DNA of 64,000 nt, taken from NCBI RefSeq assembly GCF_963921235.1, contig NC_086118.1, forward strand, positions 17,672,001-17,736,000. Reading direction: 5' to 3'. Of the stretch, positions 1 to 13,000 are shown piece after piece. How positions within the stretch are numbered: the first letter of the stretch is position 1; the number at the start of each line of letters is the position of its first letter. Source of the DNA: Mobula hypostoma. Its lineage: Eukaryota. A program made the translations under genes and the position numbers. The notes under the pieces are model-generated. The model ran no database searches. It was not told the DNA's origin and saw only the letters and a list, made by a program, of their open reading frames with translations.

Positions 1-295
1 TCAGTTTCTTACCTCTTCCACCTATCACCCCCAGCTTCTTACTTCATTCCCCCCCCCACCTTGCCCACTCACTTTCCTCCTCATCTGGTTTCTCCTATCA
101 TCTGCCAGTTTGTCCTCCTTCCCCTCTAACCACCACCTTATTCTGCCTCTTGCCCCTTTCCCTTCTGGTCCTGATGAAGGATCTTGGCCTAAAACTTCAA
201 CTGTTTCTTTCCTCCATAAATGCTGTCTGACTTGCTGAGTTCTTACATTTTTTGTGTGTTTCTCGAATTTCGGAATCTGCAGAATCTCTTGTTTT
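1..295 (+). mobile_element. Old PLE 3'-terminal fragment with a degenerate hammerhead
   Basis: Pyrimidine-rich tract, then ggtcCTGATGAaggatcttggcctAAAA… and a tail …atctgcagaatctcttgt, homologous to the younger PLE ends in this window. Confidence 0.6.
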
Positions 296-299
296 CACC

Positions 300-1620
300 C
301 CATATCTCTCTAAGCCCCAATCATCTACTTGCATATCTGAGTGCTTCTTAAATGATACTATTGTACCTGTCTCAACCATTTCTTCTAGCAGTGCATTCAA
401 TATGCTCAGCCATATCTGGGTGAAGAATTGATGCTCCGGTGCCTTTGAAAATTTTTCCCTCTGACCCCAAAGCTGTGCTCACTAACCCAGGCTTTCAAGC
501 CATGGCACCATCCCCATAAATCTGTTCTGCACTCTTAAAAGTTGAAGCATGGCTTTCCAAAAATTTGTACATAATATTCTAAGTTCAGCCTCACCAATGA
601 CTTTTACAATGCAGTGTAATATCCAGTTCCTATATTGAATGTCCTGACTGACAGCCAGCATGCTAAACACCTTTTTCATCACCTTGTCTACCTGTGACAC
701 CACTTTCAACAAATTATCCTCTTGTACTCCAAGGTCACTCTGTTCCATTATCCTCCTTCGCACTCTAGTGATCATAAATAATTTGGATTTATGTTCTACT
801 GTGGTTTGACTATCCAAAATGCATCACCTCACACATATTGGTATTAAAATCCACTTGCCACTCTTCAGCCCACTTTCCTAACTGTTCAAGATACTCCTGT
901 AATCTACAGTAGCCTTCTTCATTATTAACTTCACGTTGTAATTTCATGTTATACACAAACTTCCCACTCAAGCCTTGAGCATTCACATCAGATCATTTAA
1001 GTAAATAATGAGTAACAATGGTTCATCACCGACCCCTACTCAGACCACTAGTCACAGCTTCCATTCTGAGAAATGGTCTTCAACCTCCACCCTCCGCTTC
1101 ATACCTCTGTGACAATTTTGAATCCACATAACTAGGCTCTCCCTTGATTTTACAGTCTTCCATGTAGGACATTGTTGAAGGGCTTACTGAAGTCCAAATA
1201 GACAACATCCACTTTCTTACCCTCATCTGCCCTTTTGGTTACTGCTTCAAATAATAATCTAAGACGTCCGTCAAATGTGACCTCCCACACATAAAGCCAT
1301 GCTGACTCCTAATGTGACTCTGTACAATGAAAGGCTGGTAAATCCTGTCCCTTAGAATTCCCTCCAGTAACTTCCCTGCTACTGATGTCAGGCTGACTGG
1401 CCTGTAGTTCCCTGGCTTGTCCTTGCTACCATTCTTAAATGATGGAATAATGTTAGCCATTTTCCAGTGTTTGAGAATTTTACCAGTGGTTGATGATGAA
1501 GCTTATATCTTCATAAGGTCCTCTGTATTTTTATATTTAGTCTCCCACGGTCTGAGGATGCTCTTGTTCATATACTGGGGATTTATACACCTCAATGAGC
1601 TATAAGGCTGTAGCTACCTC
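300..1620 (-). mobile_element. Degraded CR1-type LINE ORF2 (RT) fragment
   Basis: ORF 1239..1460 ANIIPSFKNGSKDKPGNYRPVSLTSVAGKLLEGILRDRI is the typical CR1 RT N-terminal motif; frameshifted. Confidence 0.75.
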
Positions 1621-2534
1621 CTCCCTGGTAATATAAAAACTTCTCCACTTTCTGTCTTACCTCTTGAGCAATTTTTCCTCAATAAACACTGAGGAGAAAT
1701 ATTCTTAAAAAAAATCACACCTGTAGCTCAAGACATTAGGCAATGCTTCTAATTTCTAAAGTTCAAAGCTCAAAGGACCTTTTCCCTACCAAGCATCCTT
1801 TTTAATACTATTTTCTAAACCTTTCTTGCCAAATTCATCTCGTATCTCCTTTTTGTCTTGCTGATTTCTCTCTTTTTATTGTCTTCAAGGGATTCTCTTA
1901 TACCTGACCCCCTAAACCCAATGTACACCTCCTTTTTCTTGACCAGGGCCTCAAGATATCTCATCAGCCAGGGTTCTCACAACTTGCTAGACTTACCTTT
2001 CACCCTGGACCCCTGATATCACACTCCTCAACGCCTATCACTTGCCATTCTTTCCTTTCTCTTCAGTCTCAGTCAATCAGCCTCTGTTAGTTCCTGACTA
2101 ATTCCCCCACAATTAACCCTGCTCTAGTTTAGGACTCTAAATTGTGGACCAGGTTATTAGATGGATTATCATCCCAATTATTCTTTTCTATTGTCTAAAT
2201 ATATTGTGTCCAATCATACATTTGTATCTGTGATGTTAGCTTTTTTCATATTGTGCTGTTGAGACTTATTTTTAACTCAGCTAAACAATTCCACTTCTCT
2301 ATAAATTCCTTGCACATCAGAAGCAAAGACACTGTTTTGCATGTGTTTATAAAACAAAAAAAAATTGCAGCTATTGCAGACATTACCAGCCACCAGTTCT
2401 TCTCCCAAATCCTCTTGCCCAAACTGATTTGATTGCTGACAACAGGAATTCTGCAGATGCTGGAAATTCAAGCAACACACATCAAAGTTGCTGGTGAACG
2501 CAGCAGGCCAGGCAGCATCTCTAGGAAGAGGTAC

Positions 2535-2570
2535 AGTCGACGTTTCAGGCCGAGCCCCTTCGTCAGGACT
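2535..2570 (-). ncRNA. Minimal type-I hammerhead ribozyme motif of the PLE
   Basis: Minus strand reads AGUC-CUGACGA-AGGGGCUCGGCCU-GAAA-CGUC-GACU: core intact, stem I AGUC/GACU, palindromic ACGU stem III. Confidence 0.75.
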
Positions 2571-5257
2571 AACTGAAGGAAGAGTTAGTAAGAGATTTGA
2601 GAGGGGGAGGGGGAGATCCAAAATGATAGGAGAAGACAGGAGGGGGAGGGATGGAGCCAAGAGCTGGACAGGTGATTGGCAAAGGGGATATGAGAGGATC
2701 ATGGGACAGGAGGCCCAGGGAGAAAGACAAGGGGTCGGGGGGAACCAGAGGATGAGCAACGGGTATGGTCAGAGGGACAGACGAAGAAAAAGAGTGAGAT
2801 AAAGAATGTGTGTATAAAAATAAATAATGGATGGGGTATGAGGGGGAGGTGGGGCATTAGTGGAAGTTAGAGAAGTCAATGTTCATGCCATCAGGTTGGA
2901 GGTTACCCAGATGGAATATAAAGTGTTGTTCCTCCAACCTGAGTGTGGCTTCATCTTTACAGTAGAGGAGGTCGTGGATAGACATGTCAGAATGGGAATG
3001 GGATGTGGAATTAAAATGTGTGGCCACTGGGCGATCCTGCTTTCTCTGGCGGACAGAGCGTAGGTGTTCAGCAAATCAGTCTCTCAGTCTGCGTCGGGTC
3101 TTGCCAATATATAAAAGGCCACATCGGGAGCACCGGACGCAGTATATCACCCCAGCCGACTCACAGGTGAAGTGTCGCCTCACCTGGAGGGACTGTTTAG
3201 GGCCCTGAATGGTGGTAAGGGAGGAAGTGTAAGGGCACGTGTAGCACTTGTTCTGCTTACAAGGATAAGTGCCAGGAGGGAGATCAGTGGGGAGGGATGG
3301 TGGGGACGAATGGACAAGGGAGTCGTGTAGGGAGCGTTCCCTGCGGAAAGCGGGGGGGGGGGGAGGGAAAGACGTGCTTAGTGGTGGAATCCCGTTGGAG
3401 GTGGCGGAAGTTACGGAGAATAATATGTTGGACCCGGAGGCTGGTGGGGTGGTAGGTGAGGCCCGGGCAACCCTATTCCTAGTGGGGTGGCGGGAGGATG
3501 GAGTGAGAGCAGATGTGTGTGAAATGGGGGAAATGTGTTTGAGAGCAGAGTTGATGGTGGAGGAAGGAAAGCCCCTTTCTTTAAAAAAGGAGGACATCTC
3601 CTTTGTCCTGGAATGAAAAGCCTCATCCTGAGAGCAGATGCGGCGGAGATGGAGGAATTGCAAGAAGGGGATGGCATTTTTCCAAGAGACAGGGTGAGAA
3701 GAGGAATAGTTCAGATAGCTGTGAGTCAGTAGGCTTATAGTAGACATCAGTAGATAAGCTGTCTCCAGAGATAGAGACAGAAAGATCTAGAAAGGGGAGG
3801 GAGGTGTCGGAAATGGACCAGGTAAACTTGAGGGCAGGGTGAAAGTTGGAGGCAAAGTTAATAAAGTCAATGAGCTCAGCATGCGTGCTGGAAGCAGCAC
3901 CAATGCAGTCATCGATGTAGCGAAGGAAAAGTGGGGGACAGATACCAGAATAAGTATGGAACATAGATTGTTCCACAAAGTCAACAAAAAGGCAGGCATA
4001 GCTAGGACCCATATGGGTGCCCATAGCTACACCTTTAGTTTTGGGGAAGTGGGAGGAGTCAGAGGAGAAATTATTAAGAGTAAGGACTAATTCCGCTAGA
4101 CGGAGCAGAGTGGTGGTAGAGGGGAACTGATTAGGTCTGAAATCCAAAAAGAAGCAGAGAGAGCTTTGAGACCTTCCTGATGGGGGATGGATGTATATAG
4201 GGACTGGACATCCATGGTGAAAATAAAGCGGTGGGGGCCAGGGAACATAAAATCATCGAAAAGTTTAAGAGCGTGAGAAGTGTCATGAACATAGGTAGGA
4301 AGGGATTGAACAAGGGGGGATAAAACCGTGTCGAGGTATGCAGAAACGAGTTCGGTGGGGCAGGAGCAAGCTGAGACAATAGGTCTGCCAGGACAGGCAG
4401 GTTTGTGGATCTTGGGTAGGAGGTAGAAACGGGAAGTGCGAGGTGTGGGAACTATAAGGTTGGTAGCAGTGGATGGGAGATCCTCTGATGGGATAAAGTC
4501 GGTGATGGTGTGGGAGACAATGGCCTGGTGCTCCTTAGTGGGGTCACGATCGAGGGGTAAATAAGAGGAGGTATCCGCGAGTTGTCGCTGTGCCTCGGCA
4601 AGGTAGAGGTCAGTACGCCAGACTACAACAGCACCCCCCTTATCGGCGGGTTTAATAGTAAGGTTAGGATTAGTGCAGAGCGAGTGGAGAGCAGAGTGTT
4701 CGGAAGGAGTGAGGTTGGAATGGGAACAAGATGAGGTGAAGTCGAGACAGTTGATGTCCCATCGGCAGTTAACAATAAGTTGATCCAGAGCAGGCAGAAG
4801 ACCAGAGCAGGGTGTCCATGAAGAAGAGGAGGGTTGAAGACGGGAGAAGGGGTCATCGGTGGGGGTGGAAGAGTCCTTGCCGAAGAAGTAGGCTCGGAGA
4901 CGAAGACGGCGGAAGAAGAGTTCGTGAATTGAATTGAATTTTCAATTCAATGAACATTGACTTCTCTAACTTCTGCTAATGCCCCACCTCCCCCTTGTAC
5001 CCCATCCGTTATTTATTTTTATACACACATTCTTTCTCTCACTCTCCGTTTTCTCCCTCTGACCATACTCCTTGCCCATCGTCTGGTTCCACCCCCCTTG
5101 TCTTTCTCCCTGGGCTTCCTGTCCCATGATCCTCTCATATCCCTTTTGCCAATCACCTGTCCAGCTCTTGGCTTCATCCCTCCCCCTCCTGTCTTCTCCT
5201 ATCATTTTGGATCTCCCCCTCCCACTTTCAAATCTCTTACTAACTCTTCCTTCAGTT

Positions 5258-5293
5258 AGTCCTGACGAAGAGTCTTGGCCTGAAACATCGACT
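5258..5293 (+). ncRNA. Hammerhead motif in the inverted PLE arm, mutated
   Basis: AGUC-CUGACGA-AGAGUCUUGGCCU-GAAA-CAUC-GACU; stem III palindrome lost, stem II mismatch. Confidence 0.55.
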
Positions 5294-5477
5294 GTACCTC
5301 TTCCTAGAGATGCTACCTGGCCTGCTGCGTTCACCAGCAACTTTGACGTGTGATTTGATTGCTGGGTCTGTCTATAGGTCCCTGGCTACTCTCTGTTGTC
5401 CTTGTCTTCCCCCCCCCCCCCGCTATCAGCTGATCAGGCTGATTATTTGGCTAGCTGGATTTGAATGGATGAAACCA

Positions 5478-5920
5478 GCACAAAAATGCTGGAGAACTCA
5501 GTAAGTATCAATGGATGTTTTGGGCTGAGACCCTTCATCAGGGCTGGAAAGGAAGGGGTCAGAAACCAGAATAACAAGGTGGGTGGAGGAGGAAGGATTG
5601 CAAGCTGACAGTTGATAGGTGAAACCAGCGGAGGGGGGAATGAGTGAGTGGTAGAGGGGAGCTGAACCATGAAGTTGGGCGGTGATAGGTGGAAGAGGAA
5701 AAACACTGAAGAATAAATCTGATAGGAGAGGACAGTGGGAGAAAGTGAAGGACAGCAGAGAAAAGTGATGGGCAGATGAGAAGATGAGTAGGGATAAGAG
5801 GAGTGCCAAAATGGAGAATAGAAAAAGAGAGATGAGGAGAGGGAGAGGTTTCTGGAAATTTGAGAAATCGATGTTCATGCGATCATGTTGAAGACTACCC
5901 AGACAAAATAAGAAAATGCA
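5478..5920 (-). mobile_element. Older PLE-family 3' fragment
   Basis: Minus ORF begins MNIDFSNF, the same C-terminus as the PLE endonuclease; degenerate hammerhead ctgatgaagggtctcagcccaaaa. Confidence 0.7.
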
Positions 5921-6121
5921 GTGATGTTGTTAAGCTGGATGGGAGCTCCTCCTTGCTGGGTTTGTTGGTAATTTTCATTTGGTTAGAGACTCTGGTTTTG
6001 CTGTGGGATCTCTGGGCTTGGCATCTTCCCCTCGGCATAAATACTAGATGTGGAGAAATTAACAAACCCTTATGTAAACAATTTACTAAATAATAAATGT
6101 TTAAAGTCTGGATACATTGAT

Positions 6122-6440
6122 TCATTCATCATCATCATCAGGTGCCGTGCCCGGTTTGAGCTTTGACCGCCATGGCCCACACACTCCTGTTTCAGGTTAA
6201 GTGGATCAATTCATTGGTATTCATTTCCAGTTCTCTGGCTGCTGTCTCCATCATCATTTGTCTTTGTCTTCCTCTTGCTTTCTTCCTTTCGATCTTTCCC
6301 ATAATTACCGTGCATTCTAACTCCTCTTTCCCAATCACATGTCCAATGAAGTTACATTGCCTTTTCATGATCTCATACATTATTTCCCTTTTTGTGTTTG
6401 CTCTGTTCATGGCATCCTTGTTAGATATTCACTTCGTGCA
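6122..6440 (-). mobile_element. RTE-clade LINE 3' fragment with (ATG)n tail
   Basis: ORF 6192..6410 …FIGHVIGKEELECTVIMGKIERKKARGRQR… is an RTE C-terminal motif; (cat)n at 6122-6140. Confidence 0.7.
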
Positions 6441-6606
6441 TTCATTATGTCTTTGATAAAAGTTGAATATTTCAAAGAAAGTTTGAATCTAGAAGTTATT
6501 GTGAATGAGAACAGATAATATTTAATGCTTTCACACTACATTCCCTTCAATGTGCTCTGCTACTTTTAACATGTATAATAACATTGTTATTAAATTAGAC
6601 AGTTAC

Positions 6607-6850
6607 GGTGAGAGAGGGAAAATTTAAAGGAGATGTGGCAAGTTATTTTACAAGGTGTGGTAGGTGCTTGGACAGTGCTGCCAAGGGTGGTGATGGAAAC
6701 AGGTCTGGTAGAAGTATTGAAGAGGGTATTAGAAAGACACATGAATATGCAGTGAATGTATCTCTTCCAGGCAGAAGAAATTTAGTTTAAATAGACTGGG
6801 GCGGTGGGGCGGGGGGGGGGGGTTGCTTATTCCAGTGCCTTACTGTTCTA
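6607..6850 (+). mobile_element. CR1 3' end fragment
   Basis: ggtgagagagggaaaatttaaaggagatgtgg… resembles the other CR1 3' ends; ends tgttctat. Confidence 0.5.
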
Positions 6851-7505
6851 TATACTGAAATGCTAGCATTAAAAATTCTTACATTAGAATTAACATTTTA
6901 ATGTTTTAGGCAATTTATTAAAGTCTATGTGTCAGAGTAAATTACAAGATAATGGTTTCTTGGTATGACAATTATTCTTACAAATTTTCAGTAAAAGATT
7001 TACATTTCTGTTTATCTCTTCAAAAATGTCCGTTCATTGAAGAAATTTTGATAATTTGTGTGCAATGTGGATGCCCGCCTTCACATTAAGCAGCATAAGT
7101 AGGTTTCAATTACGATTAAAATGCACTTGAATACTTGCATTTTTTTGTCATTGTTGTTCATTGTGGGCTTCCAACTAAAAAAATTGCAGTTGTACAAGGA
7201 AATATTTCCCAGTCAGAATGAGTTGTTCAGTATTTGTCTAGAAACAGTGTTTCTTAGAACCTAGTGGTGCAGCACTATCATGCCCATGGGTATGAGGTGG
7301 GGATGGTGTGGTGCAGTCTGGAGGAAGTAAGAAAGGAGGCCATTGAGAATGAAAACAAATGAGTGGAAATATTTCATTAACTTTAAGCAAAGAAGCTAAA
7401 CTTTGAGAGGAACTGTGCTCATATTAACTTGAAATATGCTTGGATCCTAAATCTAACTAGTGACAATTTTTAAGCCAATGCTTCAAACAATATGCTTTGC
7501 ATATT

Positions 7506-7642
7506 AACAACAGGAATTCTGCAGATGCTGGAAATTCAAGCAACACACATAAAAGTTGCTGGTGAACGCAGCAGGCCAGGCAGCAACTCTTCCTAGAGAT
7601 GCTGCCTGGCCCGCTGCGTTCACCAGCAACTTTTATGTGTGT
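7506..7642 (-). mobile_element. Miniature fold-back PLE insertion (terminal sequence only)
   Basis: PLE tail aacaacaggaattctgcagatgctgg… followed by an inverted copy; 13-bp TSD tgctttgcatatt at 7493-7505 and 7643-7655. Confidence 0.88.
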
Positions 7643-9180
7643 TGCTTTGCATATTGACAGTTTTTCTCTAACCTTCCATTTTATTTTACAACTCTTTGAC
7701 TCACCTTTTGACACAGTACCCAATTCTGACTTTGATTCAAAGTATTTTGGAATATTTTCTACCTTGAGCGTGCTGCACTGTTTTATTGCATTTTTACTGT
7801 TTCTTCCTTATTCATCATTGAGATATTTATACTAATTAAAAAATAATTAATATAGAAATATTTTGTATAAATTTCAATTTAGCTGCCAAAATCAAATAAG
7901 GACATACTAATTATTTCTATTTTGTGGAAGAACATGTTTCTTAATGAAAATTTGCATTCAATCACTTTTGAGTTATCACTAAACATGGATCTGAAATTTG
8001 ATGTTTTCCCTTGAAAAAATATAAATCAGTCTATGAAATTTTGATAAACTATTATAACATGCAAATGGTGGGCGTTGTTTGGTCTTCCCCACCATCTGTT
8101 CTAAAGCCTACACATCTAGATAGAGTCTCCTTTTTTTAGATTATTAAAAGGCAGACATTGTCAGGATATAACTTTACATCCTTTTAGATGATTCTAGAAA
8201 TTTGGTCTCCTTTAATTTACCTGTCTAACTTCATTCTCATTATACAACCTTTGGCATAATGCTTGCCTTTAACCTGCATGCCCAAGATGTCTTCAAAATT
8301 ATATGCCTTTTATTTTATATGCAAAATATTGAAACATTTCAGAGCTCTCTAAACATAGTGCATTATATGTGAAAATGAATAATTATATTTGATCCCTTTT
8401 CTTTCTGTCCAGTACAGAGAGTAGGTTTGGAGAAAAAGAACTTCCCACTGCTTGTTTGTTATTAAATCCACTTAAGCATTCTATTATTCTCTGCTGCCCA
8501 GAGCTGAATGCTTCCTTGAATATTAATTTTAAATTATTTCAAATCCGATGAGTCATTCTAAAATTCAACCCTATGTGGGTGCCTCAGAATGAATAATGTC
8601 ACTAAATTTTGTTGTAAAGGTTGCATTTGGTGTTTTAAAATATTGATAATTTAAGGCATGTCCTCATATTAATCTCCTCCAGGAAGGAATAGGAAGGAAA
8701 AATGTAAAGCAAAATTAGATGCAGAGTTTCACTACAGTGGCTCTCATCTGTTGTGTTGAGGTGGTTCAAAATGAAGTGATTGGAATGCATCACTGATTTA
8801 TGCAGCATTTCCTTTCCTTTTTAAATTCATATTCACAAAGAGATAGGGAGAGAGCATCCTGGCAATTTGCTGTGTAAGATACATTTCTTGTAACCTTTCT
8901 TCTTGTCTAACACTACAAGACCAGTTGAATGTGCCCCTTGAGCAAAATTCCCAATAACTTAATGCATGTACTTTCATTCAATAATGTCATGTTAGTTTTT
9001 GAGCACTATTGCCCTTTGCCCAAATTAAAGAGAACATCCTGTTTTAATTCAAAATTATAAGTTGAGAAGAAGTATGCAACTAACTTAAATAAATGTTACA
9101 TTGGAGTTGAATTATAGATTTATGTAATATGGCTGGAACATTTTGAGCAATTGTATCTACATTGACCCTTTCAAAGTGTA

Positions 9181-9400
9181 AACACACAAAATGCTGGAGG
9201 AGCTGAGTAAGTCAGGTAGCATTGACGGAGGGGAATAAACAGTCAACATTTTGGGCCGAGGCCCCTCAGAACTGATGAATGGCCTTGGTCTGAAATGTCT
9301 ACTGTTTATTCACTCCTGTAGGTGCTGCCTGCCTTGCTAAGTGCTTTGAGCATTTCATATGTATTGCACAAGATTTCCAACATCTGCAGTCTCTTGTGTT
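9181..9400 (+). mobile_element. Old fold-back PLE-derived short element
   Basis: Inverted arms around a degenerate hammerhead (ctgatgaatggccttggtctgaaatgtc); tail atctgcagtctcttgtgt; degraded TSD-like flanks (accctttcaaag / aacctttgaaag). Confidence 0.65.
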
Positions 9401-9970
9401 AACCTTTGAAAGCACGATCCATATCTTTTCTCACTTCTAGCTTTTTCTCATAATTGTGCACTGAAAGTGTTCATGGTACTCTTTCCAGAAAACCACCGTT
9501 GAATCTGTATCCACCACATTTTTGGGTATTGAGTTCCAGGTCCTAACAATATGCTGATTGCAGCTCAGCATAATATTATGTTCTGGAAACTCATATTTGA
9601 TTGCTTTAAAATTGCTCTTTGTGTCAGTTACTTTATTGCCAATCGTTCCTCTAAATGCCTGAGGTGGTTTCATTTATTTGAACTTACACCCTTTGTACAG
9701 AAGGAGGCACCTCAGACTTGTATTCTACTGGTGTGTATATTGTTTAACCATCTCATCCACTGTTTGAAATGGTAGATGAGATGATTGTCATTTGTTCTCT
9801 ATATTTCAGAGGTTCATTTACCCTATCATTTATATCGACATTGCCCAAAAAGAGGCTGTAGCATAAACACAGTGCTCGTGAAGTGCATCATCTTAAGCAT
9901 TTATTTAAATCCCTTGCTGCAAGGATTAGATTGTTCACCAATCCATACGAACCTGTTTTCTGTTTTGTAG

Positions 9971-10085
9971 GTGGTCCATCATTGAACAAGAACATGCCAA
10001 TTGTAGGCGGTGGCTTACACTGGACTCAAGAATTAAGGGAGCGCATTCGAGTTCCATTTAATAATTTCAAACAAGTCACGCAGCT
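9971..10085 (+). CDS. DNAH9: DNAH9-like exon, 115 nt, phase 1 to 2
   Basis: ttttgtag|GT GGT CCA… [37 protein letters not shown]; donor CT|gtatgt. Confidence 0.85.
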
Positions 10086-13000
10086 GTATGTATCTTGCAC
10101 GGAACAATGGGCATTGTCCAGGAGAACATCGAGTCCTATTGTGCAGAGCCTTGTATCTCTAGCAGAGTAGTAACTGGCTTTGGATGAAAAATGTGGTCCT
10201 CCTTTCTTTCCATTCCCTATTCTGGTCTCCTCTTGCCCCATCTCTTCCCCTGACCTACTTGTCACCTCCCTCTGGTGCCCCTCCTCCTTCCCTTTCTCCC
10301 ATGTTCAACTCTCCTCTCCTATCAGATTACTCCTTCAACTCTTTACATTTTCTGCTCATCACCTCCCAACTTCTCACTTCATTCCGCCCTCCTCACCTAC
10401 ATACATATTGTTTAGGCAGGCTGCCTAGAATCTTTCCTGATACATTCCAGCTATTTCATACTCTATAGCATGCAAAATTATTTAAACAGAAAGAATGTTC
10501 ATCTGCTTTTAAAATTCTAAGTGAAACTCAAAACAATTTTTATGAGAATAAAGTGAAGAAATTTAGATTACAACTAAACATATCGCTGTGTTTGAAAGCT
10601 GGTTTAACCAGGATGGGCTGTGCTACTCTGAACTTATGAGTTCGATGCTGTTTTGAATATCTTCACAAAAGGTTTGCAGCTTTTGCCTTTTAGATGTAAA
10701 GAACTTTGATAAATTTCTGAGGAACATAATTGCAGCATATCAATGTGATATTCTCCCTTTCTCCCTCTAATGTGGCAAGTGGAATCATATATTATGACAT
10801 TCTGGAGTTGTATCCATAGTCACTGAATGTAGGGATTTATTACAAAACCTCGCCTGCAATCCATTCCTTTTGGTATGTTAGAGAGGTAAATCAGTGCATT
10901 AAATAAGATTGGATTACATTAGTCCATATATTTATATCCTAAAATAACTTAGAGCTTTGTTTGCATGTACTCAGTTGAAGTACACAGTCTGTAGATGCAG
11001 GATAAAATACTGTACAGCTTGAAATAATTCAACTATTGTATGAATATTGCCTTTGTTAGTCACCAATAAAAATAATTTCTACAGGCAGATGGACTCCACA
11101 GAAGGTAAAAGAATGATTCAGATGTATCAGGAGATGATGGAACTTTTGGATCAGTAAGTAGAAGGTTCTGCAAATTAATTTTCAATAAACTGACCTTCAA
11201 GCATTGTAATAGTCGGCAGAGAGTTGAAAATAAAGATGAATTCAGGAATTAGTTATGACGAATCTACAAGTACAACGCACGATAGTTTCCCCACTTCTGC
11301 ATATTGATCTTTCGCAATCCTGGTGAATGTCCCAGTGTATAAGATGGTTGAATATTCCCCAGTGTTTGGTGTAAGATTTCTCTGATCATGACAACTTGTG
11401 GTTTCGAGTTATGTAGTGTGGAGATAGGCCTTTTATTCCAGTGAGTCCAAACAGCCATCAAGTACCCACTTATTCCCGTATTCTCATTAACCATCCCACC
11501 ACTACAGATAACTTGCAGTGGCCATCTAACCTTCTGAACTGCATGTCTTTGTGGAAGGAAACCAGCATATCCAGAGGAAATCCACACATTGACAGGATGA
11601 GCCTGCAAACTCCACAAGGACTGCACAGAAGGTTAGGATTGAATCCATATTGCTGGAGCTGTGGGCCAGCAGGTCTTTCACTAGCATCATTGTGCTGCCC
11701 AAATCTGTTCTGGTGGTGCAAATCAACTAACGGCGATGAAAGTGACTATGATCCACAGTGTTTAATGGCCTCAACATTGTATAGAGTGGGTTCAATATTC
11801 CTTCAGGCAGTTCCTTTTGAACCACTTCAGCAAAATGAAAAGTCCTGTGGAGTACAGTTGCATGTGGTAGATCATTATTGTCAGAAAATTTGCTTATTTG
11901 TATGTACAGAGATGTGCAATTCTTTTGTGTAAGTTTTGATGGATAAAATGGGTTTTGCAGGCATACATTGTAAGAATCATGATGTTCAAACTATAATGTT
12001 TCTTAGATGGATGAACTTGAATCAGGGTTGTGCACATTTCTTCTGTTATCATTTTACAAAGAAACATGTATGTGAAGGCATTGGGTTTTGATGGAAATTT
12101 GCATCTTTAAAGCATTTGGAATCTAAGACCTTGAAGTCAACTCAGGTGTGTCTGGTTTGTATTTGAGAACTGATCTCACCATCTTTGCTTTGTTATTTTT
12201 GTGAAAAGCTTGATGTCTCTCTGAAAACAGCTTGTTTTCTCAATTCCCTCTTGTCTAATAGTCTTTTAATGGTTTGTTTTGAGCAGATTTTGGTTTGGCA
12301 GTTAGCTGTTTTTGCTGTTGTTTAGGGCTGATGAGGTGAAAGTGATTGTAACCATTGGATGTTTTGATGCAAGAAGAGCAATTGAGCTATTGCTTTGATT
12401 TAGCCGTATGCTATCTACTTACTAACGTAGCTACATTTTACAGCAATTAACTATATGCACTCTAAGAAGAGGTAATGTTTTACATTTTAAATAATGAATG
12501 TCTGCTATGAATCACATTTAACTGAATTTAAAATTAATTGCAGTTATTTAATGTGCACACAATCCAGAATTTACTTGATGAATAACAATCTCTTGATTCA
12601 CCTAAATGAGCTACTGCAAATGTATTATTCCATTTACTTAATGGTTTAATTCCTCCATTACCCAAAAACCATCCTTTGATTTAAATTTTATACAAATTTG
12701 GTTATGTCTTTATTATGCTTCATCCAATGCAGTCTCGACTCTGATGATAATGGATGCACACACGAAATGTCACTAACAATTTCACAAGGCCTTTTATACT
12801 AATCCAGTCATTATTGTTTATTTTTATTTCTGATTTTTATTATTCCTGGAAATTTACTTTGCCATCACAAGTGCATTGGACCAATATACAAACATTGGAA
12901 ATTACTTTAAAACTGCAACACTGTTAAAACAAAATTGAGATTCCCCTAAACAACAGGAATTCTGCAGATGCTGGAAATTCAAGCAACACACAGCAAAGTT

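Larger units (their letters stand above)
2439..5350 (-). mobile_element. Penelope-like retroelement (RT + GIY-YIG endonuclease, probably Neptune-type), 5'-truncated, with an inverted copy of its 3' end at about 4950-5350
   Basis: RT motifs KGVAMGTHMGPSYA and LRYIDDC, Cys-rich linker [33 protein letters not shown]; frameshifted. 14-bp TSD tgatttgattgctg at 2425-2438 and 5351-5364. Confidence 0.92.

Noticed and set aside
2277..2802. ORFs of 100-160 aa over the PLE terminal repeat (also 4957-5353 and 57269-57650)
   Set aside because: They recur at every copy of the PLE 3' region, are low-complexity and show no protein motif; not host genes.
6797..6822. G-rich run with G-quadruplex potential
   Set aside because: Homopolymer expansion within a decayed CR1 tail; similar poly-G/C runs at about 3352 and 5410; no functional evidence.
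1..9970. An additional upstream dynein exon
   Set aside because: I found no splice-bounded dynein-like peptide; the preceding exon probably lies before the window.
11081..11088. Alternative acceptor cag|gcag| 4 nt downstream
   Set aside because: It would frameshift; only the 11085 start preserves phase with the flanking exons.
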